DNA of 64,000 nt. Source: Aplysia californica. Its lineage: Eukaryota. The DNA is taken from NCBI RefSeq assembly GCF_000002075.1, contig NW_004797357.1, positions 1,053,723 to 1,117,722 of the forward strand, written 5' to 3'. Position numbers and translations under genes: made by a program. The notes under the pieces are model-generated. The model searched no databases, was not told where the DNA came from, and saw only the letters and a list, made by a program, of their open reading frames with translations. The first letter of the stretch is position 1. Every line of letters starts with the position of its first letter. This document shows positions 48,600 through 61,734 of the stretch, piece by piece.

Positions 48600-48701
48600 C
48601 TCATTCTTGCACAATTCTTCCATACTGCCAGTCACTCCAAGCTTGCTGGCCAGGCCTGGCAACGTCTCTGGGTCAGGTATCACAATGCTTACCAGACATG
48701 C
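48600..48701 (-). CDS. ACSL1: ACSL exon
   Basis: ACLVSIVIPDPETLPGLASKLGVTGSMEELCKNE; 102 nt. Confidence 0.92.
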
Positions 48702-49409
48702 CTGGGATAAAAAAGTTCACATAAAATGATACAAATTTTCCAAAACACTTCCGGACCTTTTCAAAATGACACGAAGAATACCCTGTCCTTAGACTTAATT
48801 GGAACAAAGACAAAAAACACTGAATATAATCTGAAGACTACTGCCGTATCAATTCTTCTATGTTACAAGGAAAATTGAAAAGAATCTGTACTTTCACGGA
48901 GGCTGTAACAGGCCGAACATTTTAGCAATTGAATTCAGGAAATGAGAAATTTAGGTTCTATCATTTTGTATCACACATTGTTGGTCCATTCAAATTTTTA
49001 TACAAACATGCACACCCCTACATTAGCATAGACATTAGGATTGATCCAGTCAGACAAAATGGAAAACAATCTTTTCAATAAATATTTTCTATAATCTCGC
49101 AGCATACCAATTGCCCCACCCCCCAAAGAAAGACAAAACCCCCCCCAAAAAACAACAACCTGAAACTCCGAGCATCACAGGACATGATTTCATTTCGATT
49201 GGGAAGGTGGTTCTACAGCATTATCGACACAGTACATCATGCTTTTCTAAGCAATCTGTTTAACAAACAAGACTGCGAGCACAAATGTACTCATGTCTGC
49301 GCTGCCACATTAAATCACTTCCAAGGCACAAATATTTCATTTAACTCCCATTTCATTTTTGAAGTTGAAATAAATATTGTTATAGGTTTAGGTTGGAGAA
49401 AGTCCATAC

Positions 49410-49499
49410 CTGCAAGCTGTCCCCATGGACGTAAACCTGAGCCAGATATGGTGACTGGGCAAGGATATTCTCAATCTTCTCTGGAGCAATATATTCACC
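49410..49499 (-). CDS. ACSL1: ACSL exon
   Basis: GEYIAPEKIENILAQSPYLAQVYVHGDSLQ; 90 nt. Confidence 0.95.
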
Positions 49500-50466
49500 C
49501 TGAAAAACAGAAGGAAAAAAGCATTTAGGGTCTGAAAGCAATATGTAAAACAAATTCGTTAGCCATGTGTGACACTATTGTATTCGTATGCATATAGACA
49601 ACTTAAAAACACATTTACCTTTGAAAAAGCTGAGCCATTAACTCAAAAGATTTTGAGTGTTTTCGAGACTATTTTATTGGAAAGGTAGAGGCAATGTAGC
49701 AAAGATCAGATACTTTAACTCGAGCACTTTTGCAAGATCTCCTGATAAATTCACTCACCAACGTAAAGTTATTTGTTTTTATACATTCTAAATTCTTTTT
49801 CTGACAGACACACAGTGTCTCTTGTCTTTCAGGCAGGTTGTAGACAACCTAATTATTTACACTGATGATCAGTTGCTTCAACTTGGGGGGTGGGTGGGGT
49901 GGGAAGCCGAATTATTTATAACAGGTGCAATGTACACACAGGACATGTAACGTGTTTTTTGCTATTATCCGAGAAAACTAAGCGCTTGATCCCATCAGGC
50001 CATCCACTTATGCCTGCACTTTGGTATGAGACTTAAGAAGCTCAACATTAAGGAGCTCTAATCCATATATTAAATATACTGATACACGATTCTCTTCCAT
50101 CTATACACCAAGCAGTTCAGTGAAATTCCCAACATTACCAGTTGTGTTGTTTGGTGTGGCAAAGGCCTGTGATCACCATGAAACTGGGTACCTATTTCAT
50201 TCTTTGTGCAGAGAGTTAAAGGAAGCAGAAGAATTACAGCAGAGAGAGGGAAATCGACACAACAATTGGCAAATGGGGAGAAAGGAGAGGAGACAAATCA
50301 CTGTTTGTGCTTCACAACAAATTGCTCTTGAACATCTAAGGCAAAATCTCAATCACTACGTAGTATGTATTTAGTAGCTCTAAAAACAGTTACATTTTTA
50401 AGACAGCTTAACCAGAGATACAAAAGTCATAATTCCTAACATCTTCTGTTAACTTAATAGTCTTAC

Positions 50467-50520
50467 CTGAGCTAATTTGAAGATATTCTTCTTTCTGTCA
50501 ATGATCTTCAACGTGCCGCT
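50467..50520 (-). CDS. ACSL1: ACSL exon
   Basis: SGTLKIIDRKKNIFKLAQ (second half of the FACS signature); 54 nt. Confidence 0.95.
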
Positions 50521-51181
50521 CTGAAAGAACAAAAATCCACTTGAAAGAAGAGAGGAATAACAAAGTACAGTATGAGATAACTTTGACGTTAATGAAGGAG
50601 GATGAAGTTGTAATGTGGATAAAAAAAACGCATATAAAAAAAAAAGAACTAACTCCCCCTCCCATGTAGTAGTCAAGCACTTTGATGCCGCATGCAAAAG
50701 ACTCAAGTTTGATTCCCATTTGGGATTATGTTGTATTTCTCCTAGCCCAGGTGACCTCAACATGCAAAGTCGAAACCTGTCTCCCACATGAGCTAAACTG
50801 TGTTGATTGGAGCCAAAAACAGTCAACACTATTTTCTTTTTTAAATAGAAAAAGGGAAGTTTTTAAAAATGATTTCGAACAAATTAGGCGCAAAAGTTGA
50901 GAAATTTTTTAAAAAATTTGACACTACTGGGGGTTGTGGTGAAGCAGGGTATACAAGTGACATTTCTTAGAAGTTCCCAGAATTTACGAATGAGGTCCAA
51001 ATTCATTTGGTCCACCTGCAAAGCTTTTTGTAGCAGTCCCACATCTTGTCAGTACACTTAGCGCAGGAGCCTTCTAAACATCCTACTTTACTGCTCGCAG
51101 GACTAAAAAAACAAATCCGACAAACAAATGTGTCCCAGCTAAAAGTCGCAACTTTTTTCCATGTTACAGTGCAACACTCAC

Positions 51182-51298
51182 AGGCATCCATTCGCCAATG
51201 TCTCCCGTGTGCAGCCAGCCATCCTTGTCAAGTGCCTCATCTGTCTTGGCTTGGTCCTTCAGGTATCCCACAAACACATTTCCACCTTTCAAGCACAC
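51182..51298 (-). CDS. ACSL1: ACSL exon
   Basis: [39 protein letters not shown] (FACS motif [10 protein letters not shown]); 117 nt. Confidence 0.96.
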
Positions 51299-52033
51299 CT
51301 AACCCCCCAAAAAAAATCAGCCAAAGAAAAAGTTAAGTCCAAATGAAATTAAAACAATTGAAACATAACAAAATAATGAAAAACATTTATCAACAAGTTA
51401 AATTCAAATGAAATTGAAACATAATAAAATAATAATAAACACAACACTTGAGGCGAATTACTGTCTGCTGTGAGGGTTGGAACGGAAAAAAAAAGAAGAA
51501 GAACAAAAAATGAAAAATATGCGATAATACTTTTACACCCTACTTCAACACGTAAACAATATATAGAGGGTTGTCACCTAGTTAAACCTTAACTCAAAAG
51601 CTGGAAAGTTATACCAAAAAAAGTGAAAAGAAATAAGCAAGATTTCAGGCAGCAGGGAATGACAGAGGTAAGACTTTTAAGTGGTACCCTTTGAGAGCTT
51701 CCAGTGTATCTCAATTTTCCATCAAAAGACAACTCAATGGTAGAAGTTTGCAGTTTGGCACTGAACTGAAAGTCTACATTCATAACAAAGAAGATTGGAA
51801 ATCAACGTTCCGTAAGTATGAGGCTTAAAGCTTGCATTTCACCTGAAAAGATGTGTATAAGCATATGTTTTTGATAATGAAGCTTATAAATTTCATAAAA
51901 TTTTAATTCCAAGGCACGAAACTCACTGGCACAGCTACCACAATCTTAAAATGAAGGGAATTATAAAAACTTTCTTTCCTCCTTCAAGAAAAGCTGTAAC
52001 AACAGAATTCAAAGATACAGACGAATGACTCAC

Positions 52034-52122
52034 CTCGCCTTTGTTATTATTGGAATAGTAGTCCATCTCAGGCACATCTTCCAGCTTTACCATCAGACTT
52101 GGAAGGGGGGGACCAACATGCC
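52034..52122 (-). CDS. ACSL1: ACSL exon
   Basis: (G)HVGPPLPSLMVKLEDVPEMDYYSNNNKGE; 89 nt. Confidence 0.95.
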
Positions 52123-52689
52123 CTGACACCAGGAGGGAAAAATTTGAATTTACATTTTAACACAAAGAAATCAATATTTGACTCCCTCTAAAATAAAAAA
52201 AGCAATCCCTAAATGTTGAGACACAAAGCCATTCAGGCAGTCTTGCAGACAAGATGCATTATAACAAAATATCCTGTTTATCTTTACAAGATACATTTAC
52301 TACACACACACATAATAAAAAAAAATAATTTACAAACAAAAATTGTTTGTTGTAACACTTATAATGATTATTAAGTCATGATTTTAAAAAAAGGCAAAAA
52401 TGAAAAACAGGAGAGCAAGGGAATAGAACTGACTGCCTGCCTGTAATTAAAAGACAGAGTTCTGAAACAACTGTAAACAATTCATGAGAACCTACCAGCA
52501 AGAGAAAGTACAGGTCTTCTTTTTGAGTATTAAAGACAACATAATATCTTATCCCATACCCTAATTTTACGATGTTAGACATGGATCAGAAAAAATGGGA
52601 AAATACAATCCCAGGCACATATATGTAAAGAATTGCTACCACAGCTTGTTCTCAGGTTTCTAGATGCATAATATCTGAATTGCAAGTAC

Positions 52690-52762
52690 CTGGTTCAGAA
52701 TCTCCGACGACTGTAACCGTAGCTATCCCTGTATTCTCCGTCTGTCCATATCCTTCAAGAAG
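52690..52762 (-). CDS. ACSL1: ACSL exon
   Basis: LLEGYGQTENTGIATVTVVGDSEP(G); GYGxTE adenylate-forming motif; 73 nt. Confidence 0.95.
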
Positions 52763-53444
52763 CTGCAGAAACAAAAACAGCATTACAGATTCATTCACTA
52801 CACACTTTGCATCATCACGATGAACTGGTATCTTTTCTTTCCAAAAATCTCTTTGGATATTCCTTATGTTTCACAGCAGAAAAACCACTCAACAACAGGG
52901 CTTGGCCATAAGGGGAAGACAAAAATGGCTATTTCAAATAATTATGTAACCCATTCCTTCATAATGTCAAAAATTTTACATGTTTCATAACTGAGTTCTT
53001 AATTGAGTTCTTTGTCTAACATTGCCATTCTCAGCTCTGGATCTTATTAGAAATCTACATTTACATTATCCTTCTCCTATCCTTCCAATAGCAAAAGGTC
53101 CATCTGTAACAGCATGGGTGAACATTAGAGTGGTTCAGAAGAGCACAAATAAGTTCTAGATAATCAATTTGCGACATAAACTGTCATTAACATCTGGCTA
53201 AGTAACTTCTGTACTGAGAAGACAGAAAAATGGAAGGAGGATTTGCAAATTCCTGAATGTTGTAAAGAAAAGGATGCCCTTTCCTTCCTTTTGATACAAT
53301 ATTAAGCATGAGCTTTGCGTTTGGGAATACTGACATTTCACTTTGGAATATAGACTAATAAAATATGGAGGAAATTCTTTTATTTTCAAGAAGCCATCTT
53401 CTTCATAGCCATCTAAAGCTGAAAGCTCACTCAACAGTACTTAC

Positions 53445-53595
53445 AGGACATCCAACAATGCACCTCAAGAAACTGAGGACTGTGCTAGAAATGGGGGCAG
53501 AGCCAGTGGTGATGACTCGCACTCGTCCCCCCAACGCCGCCTGTACTGTGCGGAACACAATCTTGTCCCAAATACTGTTGTTGCGAATCACTCCC
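53445..53595 (-). CDS. ACSL1: ACSL exon
   Basis: (R)GVIRNNSIWDKIVFRTVQAALGGRVRVITTGSAPISSTVLSFLRCIVGCP; 151 nt. Confidence 0.95.
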
Positions 53596-54026
53596 CTGAA
53601 AACACACAATATAGTTATGAAACATTTAAATACGCATGCCTTTCGAAACAGAAAAAAAAGCAATGGTCTTAAAACACTGTTTTTAACATACTATAAATGC
53701 TACAAGCTACATAGGAAACTTTCACCATCTTTCATCATATATGATTGTCACAAGACTTGCTGGATATTTTTCAATGTCAAGTGAGGAACTTGTGAAAATC
53801 AAAAGAATCCTGAAGGACAGAGACAACCAGGTTTGTGAAACAAGAAATGTATACACCTTATCAAACTGTCCCTTACATTAATAAACAAGAGAGTTTTCAC
53901 TCAAAAAACAGATACACCAGTAAGGCTTAAAAGAAGAAAAATCATCTACCACTGCCCCCCCCCCCCCCCACCTCAAATAACCTTTTTCCATTATACATAA
54001 CTAAAAATGACGTATAATTTCTTTAC

Positions 54027-54109
54027 CGTTTTAATTCTTTGCTCTTGCTGTTCAAAGCCATGTTAAATAAGAACTTCTTCACTTTGCTGGCGTTTACTCC
54101 AGACATGAC
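54027..54109 (-). CDS. ACSL1: ACSL exon
   Basis: VMSGVNASKVKKFLFNMALNSKSKELK(R); 83 nt, phases fit. Confidence 0.9.
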
Positions 54110-54682
54110 CTGTGGACAGAAATGACAAATTGTACTCACTCCACATAAAAAGAGTGATAGCGCAACCCAAGCAAAATGATCAGTCCTTTAGGTACAGCTC
54201 TTTCAGTACTCGATGTAAAGGGAACTGTAGAAGTTTTAAACTCGTATCAACACTAATTAGATCATTCAGGGGGCAGGCAGTTTCGACTGCCTGTCGCAGC
54301 TAACTCAGGCTGAGAGGAATACAACATCCAAGCAGAAAGACGGAGTTATTTGATAAATATTCTTCCTTCATAAGAATTGAAATTGTGTCTTCTTCTCGCG
54401 ACGGTGAAGCACGTAACTACTACACCTGTCACCGGTCTGTTTTTTCTGATAATTTTTATTCAAATCTGTGACTTCAAGTACAACTGAGATAAGTGGACTG
54501 AGCAACAGATTCAGATCTTCATTCATTCCTACCCAACAAGCAAAGTTTTACAAAACAATTTTTCACTCAGGACATTAATCCTTTTCATTGCAAAAATTAT
54601 CAGTTTAACTTTTCTTTTGCTTTCTGCAGCTGGTCTGTTACATTTCTCCCCTTGCCATACTGACAGAACCGAACTGCCTTAC

Positions 54683-54817
54683 CTTGTCATAAAACCTGTT
54701 CAGCAACCTCGGCACTGATGGGAATAGGGTTGGCTGCAGTTCCTTAATATCATCCATGAGTTTCCTCACATCTCCTTGGAAGAATCCAATTTTGGCTCCC
54801 ACAGTAACAAGACAACT
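54683..54817 (-). CDS. ACSL1: ACSL exon
   Basis: SCLVTVGAKIGFFQGDVRKLMDDIKELQPTLFPSVPRLLNRFYDK; 135 nt. Confidence 0.96.
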
Positions 54818-55631
54818 CTGAAAGAAAATTGAATTGCGGTTGAAAGTAAGGCACCATTTTTTCAAATATGATATTCTATTCTTTTCAACAAGTACCCAGA
54901 TAGATAAATCTTCTAAACAGGGGCAACATAATAGCAAATGAGTTTCAAATAAAGAGTTATTGAGAAAATCATACAAGAAACAGTCATCAGAAACACAAAG
55001 GCAGAAGCACTGTTGCCATTTCACAGCCAAGGGAGGGAATATATCAGTAAAATTTGCAGCCTTGTGTATAAATATGGCTATACAGTTTCATCACAATAAA
55101 TTTCTATGATATCTTATAGAAGAGCTTGCAAGATTAAGGGACTGATATAAGTAAGAAAAACCCCCCACATTTTGGTTTCAACAAACCAGGCCTATCTAAG
55201 TGGACAAAGCGCAAGAAGGAAATCTGGAACTGTCTGTACAAGAGTTAACCCATAGAGATAAAAAGAATCTCAATATGGTAATCAACACTTCCCCTCTCAT
55301 TCATATTGACATTAACACCCAGACTTGAGCAAACAGCAAGAAGAACAAGAGAGAGGAGCTCACATTTATCAGCAGCAAAACATCCACCCTTAGGTCAAGA
55401 GAAATTCTATAAGTGCAGGTAAAGGTCTCCGGCATTGCTGCTGTAATTGACATAATGGTAAAATTGCTCTTGTTGGAAAGAACGAGGCCAGTAACAGCTT
55501 TTTAGTTTGAGTAAAGAGAAGCATATCACCACAATAACAGCTATTCAGTTTAGAGAGAAAGAGCAAAACAGACAGACAGAAACAACAGAGGGAAAGCCCA
55601 GGAGAACCAGTCGTTACTTTAAATAGCATAC

Positions 55632-55715
55632 CTCCAGAGCTCTCTCATATGAATGAGCCAATGGTAGGTAGGAGATGAGCACATCCTCATTTGTGATTTC
55701 CACACCGCAGCTTTC
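55632..55715 (-). CDS. ACSL1: ACSL gate-domain exon (Tyr gate)
   Basis: ESCGVEITNEDVLISYLPLAHSYERALE matches D-x4-Y-LPLAH-x2-E; 84 nt. Confidence 0.95.
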
Positions 55716-56587
55716 CTGCACAGATAACACACAAAACAAGGGTAAATACAATTCACATTTTGAAAGGACTACAAGATAGGACATTTTATAAAATGTTTAA
55801 TTCTCACGTGGAAAATAAAAGGACGAAAAAACAAAAGTGAGAGTCTGATTCCTGGCTAAATTAAATAAAAGTGCTTTATTTTCCTCAGTTCACTGAGTTG
55901 TAAATCCGTACCAGGCAACTGGCAGAAGTGGAATTCGTTGAAAGAGAGCGCTATATGCCCAGCATACTGCAAAACTGAATGCCCTAAAACTCTTTTATTA
56001 AGAGTTAACAAGAGATCACTCCAAAACCTACTTACAATAGTTTGTAATGATTAGCAATCTGTATATGTATAATAATGTGAGTCATGAAAGTTGATTTAAA
56101 AAAAACCCACCTAATTTTTCTGCCTGTTAGGTAATTTTAATCACATTTTCTTTTTTGGCTAAACACCTTTTCTGTCTATTAAAAAAAAAAACACAACCAA
56201 TTTCTGTGTGCATTTAATTGAAAAATGATAAAATGCACCAACAAAATTTAAATTTGCATTTTCCAAGGATTCACAAGGTCTGGAAGTCACAAAACTTAGG
56301 CGTTCATTTTCTCGCTAATTTTATCTCTGACACCAAGTGACCCTCACCTCCTTCAATCGCAAAGATATCTCTACTTCTATTCATGATAGATGGGCATTGT
56401 TTTCATCAAAAGCAAGACAAATCAACAAGCTTTAAGATAAAATCAATTACTCCATATGCCCAAATATTGACGAATGCCCGATTCCACTGAGTCATGACAC
56501 AAATATCTATGTAATTTAACAGTTAGGCAAATACGTAAAACTCGAATATCTTCAATACATTTGTTTTCTATAGAAAACATCACTCAC

Positions 56588-56658
56588 CAGCACTTTCAAA
56601 GCTGCGGACACACAAACTGCCATATTTCTGTGAGTAATCATGGCTCCCTTGGGAGTCC
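56588..56658 (-). CDS. ACSL1: ACSL exon
   Basis: (G)TPKGAMITHRNMAVCVSAALKVL; second half of the AMP-binding P-loop. Confidence 0.95.
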
Positions 56659-57107
56659 CTAGAGAAGGCAGAGAAAAAAAAATTTTTTGAAATAAAAGAA
56701 ATTCTACCCCGGCATTCAAAACAAACTTCTTCAAATATGAAACATTTAAGTTGAATGACAGAGCTGTTAGTAAACTATATAAACAAGAAGAGTCTACAGC
56801 GAAAATAATATATTTCTTCTTTGTTTGTTTGTTTGAGTGGGTGTTTTACAATACTATCGACTCAGTTTAGGTCATGTAAGTGCCAAAAAACGTTTCACTT
56901 TTGTGAATCTAGTTAAGTATTAAAGGGATGGACAGATATTTATAAAAGTCTGTAAATATGGTAACGTTTTATTCATATATTCCTTTAATCATTCTTTTTT
57001 TAACTGAGAAAAATAATGCTTTATAAAACTGTTTTACCCAAAGGAAAGTTTCAGCAACATCAAATAATTCCTTTAGACTTTAAACATTTCTTTTGTTTTT
57101 AATATTA

Positions 57108-57327
57108 TGGTATAGGTTTAACGCCCCTATCAACACTATTAGGTTATTTAAGGGGCGGGACCTCCTAGTTTAACGTCCGTCTCCGATAGGACCGAACCAA
57201 GTGGGAAGTTCATGTAAAGTACTTTCCCAAGGACACAACGTCGGACCGAGCTGAGGCTCGAACCCCCAAACTCGCAATCTCACGATTACGAGTCAGGTAG
57301 CCTAACCACTAGGCTACCGACGCCACC
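57108..57327 (-). mobile_element. Full-length tRNA-derived SINE with CORE-like segment and a 14-bp TSD
   Basis: - strand: GGTGGCGTCGGTAGCCTAGTGGTTAGG (A box), GGTTCGAGCC (B box), TGTGTCCTTGGGAAAGTACTTTA (CORE-like). TGTTTTTAATATTA lies at 57094-57107 and 57328-57341. A partial copy is at ~42775-42860. Confidence 0.88.
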
Positions 57328-57395
57328 TGTTTTTAATATTAAAAGGTAAACATAGACAAGTAATGCCTACAGTAGAGACTATCTCTTCACAATAC

Positions 57396-57480
57396 CTGTG
57401 GTTCCACTGGTGTAGCAGACCATGCACAAGTCATCTGGCTTAGGAGGGTGAGATTCCACAGGGTTTTCTCTGCCAAGTTT
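57396..57480 (-). CDS. ACSL1: ACSL exon
   Basis: KLGRENPVESHPPKPDDLCMVCYTSGTT(G); AMP-binding YTSGTTG motif. Confidence 0.96.
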
Positions 57481-58282
57481 CTGTAAACAGAAGCAGACAT
57501 TAATGCAACAAGCTTGCTAGGTTAAAAAAAACCCAAAAAGCAACGGATTAGCTCGCTCTCGCCCCCTCCCCCCCCAATAAAAATGTAAAAATTTGCTTTT
57601 GTCATTGCTGAATGCAGTCAGCACAGAAGAACAACTCAATAAGTCGCAATGGAATACTAGTAGCATCAAATAAGTCTAAAAATAAAGAAACACCAAATTG
57701 TCAAAATCAGAACATGTAAAGTTCAAATGGTTTTAGACTTTCATTACAGTTCTCGAGAACTGCAACCCCAAAAAGCAGATCATTGCATTAAATAAAGCAT
57801 TTGAGATTAATGTGAATGTACCAAAGACTCCACATTCAGGCATGCATCACTTCTGCAGGCAACTTCAGCTGGCATTAACGTTTGACTTGATGGACCTGCC
57901 TTGAGCACAACTATCTATACCATACTGGGCACTTGTTTGCCTCAGTCTACAGCAGTGTACTGTACAGCAGTTATTTTTTTGTTTTTTAAAAACTTTTTTT
58001 TTGTGTGTGTTTTGCCCCATTTTTTTTTCAATAGTTTTGAATTTGCAAATTGAGTTGTTCCAATGCAGAAGTGCCCCTGGTTACATTTTGCAAACAACTT
58101 AAATCCCCAAATTTCTTTTAAAATTGTGTAAATTGTGAAAGATAAAAATACTGGTATACACTGTCTAGCAGTCGACCCACAAGGGGTTAGGTCAAGCAAA
58201 ATCAGGTGGTCACAACATAATCTTAAGACTTCTCTGACAAAAATTGAGGGGAAAAAAAGGGAACTGGTGAAAGGTGCATTAC

Positions 58283-58455
58283 CTCAACTTCGTCAAGGTG
58301 CAGGATCTGGATTCCTTCTGCTTCAGCTTTTGCTTTGTTCTCCTCTGTGACAGGCTCAAAGAGTATCATCATAGAAACATCTGGCATCTCTCTCCGCCTA
58401 TCAAGAAGACTCTTAACCTTTGCATTGTTGTCACAAACAATCACATGAAGGTCCG
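58283..58455 (-). CDS. ACSL1: ACSL exon
   Basis: (A)DLHVIVCDNNAKVKSLLDRRREMPDVSMMILFEPVTEENKAKAEAEGIQILHLDEVE; 173 nt. Confidence 0.92.
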
Positions 58456-59322
58456 CTGAAAAGAAAAAACGATTTTTTTTATCTATGCATTTTACCATCT
58501 ACATGTCCATGGAAAGAGCAAATGTGGAGAAAAAAAGTTATCACCCGCATTTATTATGGGATGCTCAATCCTATATCATACAGTTCTACTACATGTGTAG
58601 ATGTAGGCTTACCCTAGTAGCTAAAGGAAAGAATATCCCACCACAGTAAATATTCAACACCCCCCCCCCACCCCCCAAATAAAGCAAGCAAAAATAAACG
58701 AACAAGAACAATCAATAAACAGCTTGCAACATCCTTTTAAGGAATAAACTTAATAGCATCAGACAGTTTTCCTCTCACTTCTCTCAGGTAAGCTTTTTAG
58801 GACATGCCCACTTTGTACCCCACCACTTCTATCTATTCAATGCATACTCTTCTCAAAGACATAAAAGGTGCGGGAGGTTTCTGCTTCATCTGTCCCAACA
58901 CACAAGGCCAGCAAAATGTGTTTCTAGCTTGTCCTTGAACAAATGAGCTCTGGTGTTCCCCAGTGACATCACTGTATTACTCCAGTCAACGTCAAATCAA
59001 CCCATCCAGCTTCAAGTTGTCACGACACATCTCTATATTCTGATTGTGACACCTTTTTCGAGTAAATTGCCTATATATTTTTCCCAATTGAGATAATTAG
59101 GCCCGTGCAACTGCCAAAATGATAAGAAAATCACAATTTCTTACTCTGGTTCACAGAAAAGCACATCAATGGCTAACCAAGAATAATGGTAAAGAGCAAA
59201 ATGTAAAGAGAGAAACAACACAGGGACAGTAAAGAAGTAAGACCTAAGTGGTGCCTCCCACATGACAGAGTAAGCAAAGTAAACAATGACAAATCCCAAA
59301 AAGAAACAGAAAATAAATAAAC

Positions 59323-59422
59323 CTTGATTGACGATGAAGTTGCAGGCTTCAACTCCCAGAGTATCATATAGAGGGACTGGAGTCATAGAATGATACAAGA
59401 AGCCTTGGTCAGCAATGACGTA
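59323..59422 (-). CDS. ACSL1: ACSL exon
   Basis: YVIADQGFLYHSMTPVPLYDTLGVEACNFIVNQ; VPLYDTLG motif; 100 nt. Confidence 0.95.
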
Positions 59423-59464
59423 CTGCAAACAGATGAACATGATTAAAACAGCAGTAGTTTTAAT

Positions 59465-60190
59465 TTAATTCTAGTAAGAGTTTTATGTCACTTGCAACAC
59501 AATAAGGTCATGTAATTGCTGAAGATTAAAGGTGTTACAAGAGAGTAACAAACACAAAATAGAAGGGGGGGAGATAAGGATGATAGATGTTTGATAGGAA
59601 AGAAGGAGCAAACCACACGAGAGCACTCGCCAACCACTCACAACAGCAGTAGTTCATTAGGTGCATATCATCAAGAATTAATAAGCTCAAGAGTAACCCA
59701 AAAGAAAGTAAAAGAAAACCACACCACCGCACCCACAAACAATCTCCTGCAAGACATGCAGAAACACAGTCATTGGTAAACAGTCATCAATATGCATTTC
59801 CAAGAAAAATATGTTTTAGTAAGAGTTTAACGGCATTTGCAACACAATAAGGTCATATAAGTACCGAAGAATAGATTATGTGTTTCAAGACAGTGACATA
59901 CACCAAAAAGAAGGAGGAGAGACAAAGACGACAGAAGTTTGATAGGAGAGAAGGAGCAAATCACACCAGAGCACCCGCCAACCACCCGCCCAAGAAAACT
60001 TTGCCCACTGGAGAGCTGCAGCCATGACAAACAAAGTGACAGCTATCGACATCATGAGGATCTAAAAGAACCAGTGAGAGTAAAAATAAACACATTGACA
60101 TGATAACGGCCATTTAGTACAAGGAAAAGGACAAAGTAGACTGTCAGAAAACACGGAACGAAAAGGAGTAGGACCTACCAATAGCATCCA
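59465..60190 (-). mobile_element. Two adjacent copies of the retroposon 3'-end family in an ACSL intron
   Basis: Modules at ~59470-59640 and ~59815-59995, with the second module type at ~60115-60190. Confidence 0.75.
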
Positions 60191-60667
60191 AAAATCACAA
60201 GCAAAAGAGGACAGAAAAAAAGGAACCCTCTCATAACATGTATCAGTATCAGGACTGTCAGCACCCACTATGCTGGGACCATGTTTTGGTGGGAAATCTA
60301 CAAGTTGCATATGTCACTAAATTGGTAATTAAATCAAAACAAAAGAATCTTTTTGATAGCTCTTCATCTAATGAAAGAATTCCCAGTAAGAGAGGCACGT
60401 TTTCTACATTTGCGGAGCCGAAAACTAATAGGACGTCTAAGTCGTCACAAAGAAATATGCTGGGGTGGCTTGCCCAAGATAAGCTAAGCATAGATTTTTT
60501 TGTTTGTTCTGCATCGGCTGTGACTAAAAATGGCCTAAAAAAAAGACATGACATCATGCTGACTTCACAAGAAATTATTACACCTCTAACCGGTTTGAGA
60601 CAGCAGGCGCAAAAGTCTTTTGACTTGAACATGTACGAGCACTGAAGAGTAATCACTGACAACAAAC

Positions 60668-60769
60668 CTCTGGCCTGTTCTGTGAGTAGATGCCAACACG
60701 AGTGTCGTTCTCGGCAGGTAGACCCAACTTGATCAGACCATCTCCAAACGCCTTTGCTCTGGCATTTAC
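60668..60769 (-). CDS. ACSL1: ACSL exon
   Basis: VNARAKAFGDGLIKLGLPAENDTRVGIYSQNRPE; 102 nt. Confidence 0.94.
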
Positions 60770-61666
60770 CTGCACAAAACAAAAACAATTTCAAGTAAAA
60801 CTTCAATATACTGATATAATATATTCAGGCAGTTGCAAGACAAGTAAGTGAGTTAAGGTTTGTTACTCACCCTGTCAAGCAGAAATTTTTTGTTGTTGTA
60901 ATAGTGACAAATACTGCTTGAGGCCCATCACAGCTTACGATCCTCACTTGAGAGGTGGTGAACACATTGAACTAGGTCTGTGACCCACAAAATAAACAGA
61001 AAAGGCCTAACAGGCTAAGGGTCTTTAATATTCTAAATGTTGATACGAAGTTGTTCCTTTAATTGGTGTTCACTACCAGCATTAGCATCAAGAAAACCCC
61101 TACAAGCCGTATGAGTGTTCTCTTCCACCTTCTAAAAATTTAACATTTTATGTGGTAGTGTTACAATGACGGTGATTTCTCAAAATCTGTCTTTTTAATC
61201 TATTTGAAAGTGCGCATGCTTAGTTGCAAGTGTCTGGTGCTCCTAATTTCAAGGAATTTGTATCTGGAACAACAATTGTGCTTGTGACAGTCTTTAAACG
61301 AAAATATATAGGCCTATTTGAAATGGTACAGTATTTTTCTTTTTATCAGGACTTTCCTTAGCTAAAACTTTTTACACTCATTTAACATTTACAACTTCCT
61401 TCTTAAATTAGTATGCTGTTACTCATACTCGTGACAATTTTAAATGATATTGTGCAAAAGGCAAGTCTGGTAAGTGAGTAATTTGATATATACAGGATTA
61501 CATTAGTTTGTAGGCTTGAGACCCCAATTTGACCCTGTGTAGCAACCAAATTAGACTGAGGGTTCGAAGAATCCATCAAAATACCTAAGCGCACACCATT
61601 TTATCCCAGTACATCACTCAAAACTGTATTTCGGCTATACATAAAAAATGACAGTAAATTACAAAC

Positions 61667-61734
61667 CTCATTGTATGTCATCCATTTAAAAGGTGTATCT
61701 GGTGTTGGCTTCCACCCAAGGAATGGCTTATCGC
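61667..61734 (-). CDS. ACSL1: ACSL exon
   Basis: (G)DKPFLGWKPTPDTPFKWMTYNE; 68 nt. Confidence 0.92.

Noticed and set aside
53370-53434. Intronic ALDGYEEDGFLKIK resembling AMP-binding enzyme motifs
   Set aside because: Too short, the frame does not fit the nearby AG, and the true GYGQTE and DGWLHTGD exons are present elsewhere.
55390-55500. ILPLCQ as a second, alternative gate exon
   Set aside because: Lacks D-x4-[FY] and the H..E residues, and has no suitable splice sites.
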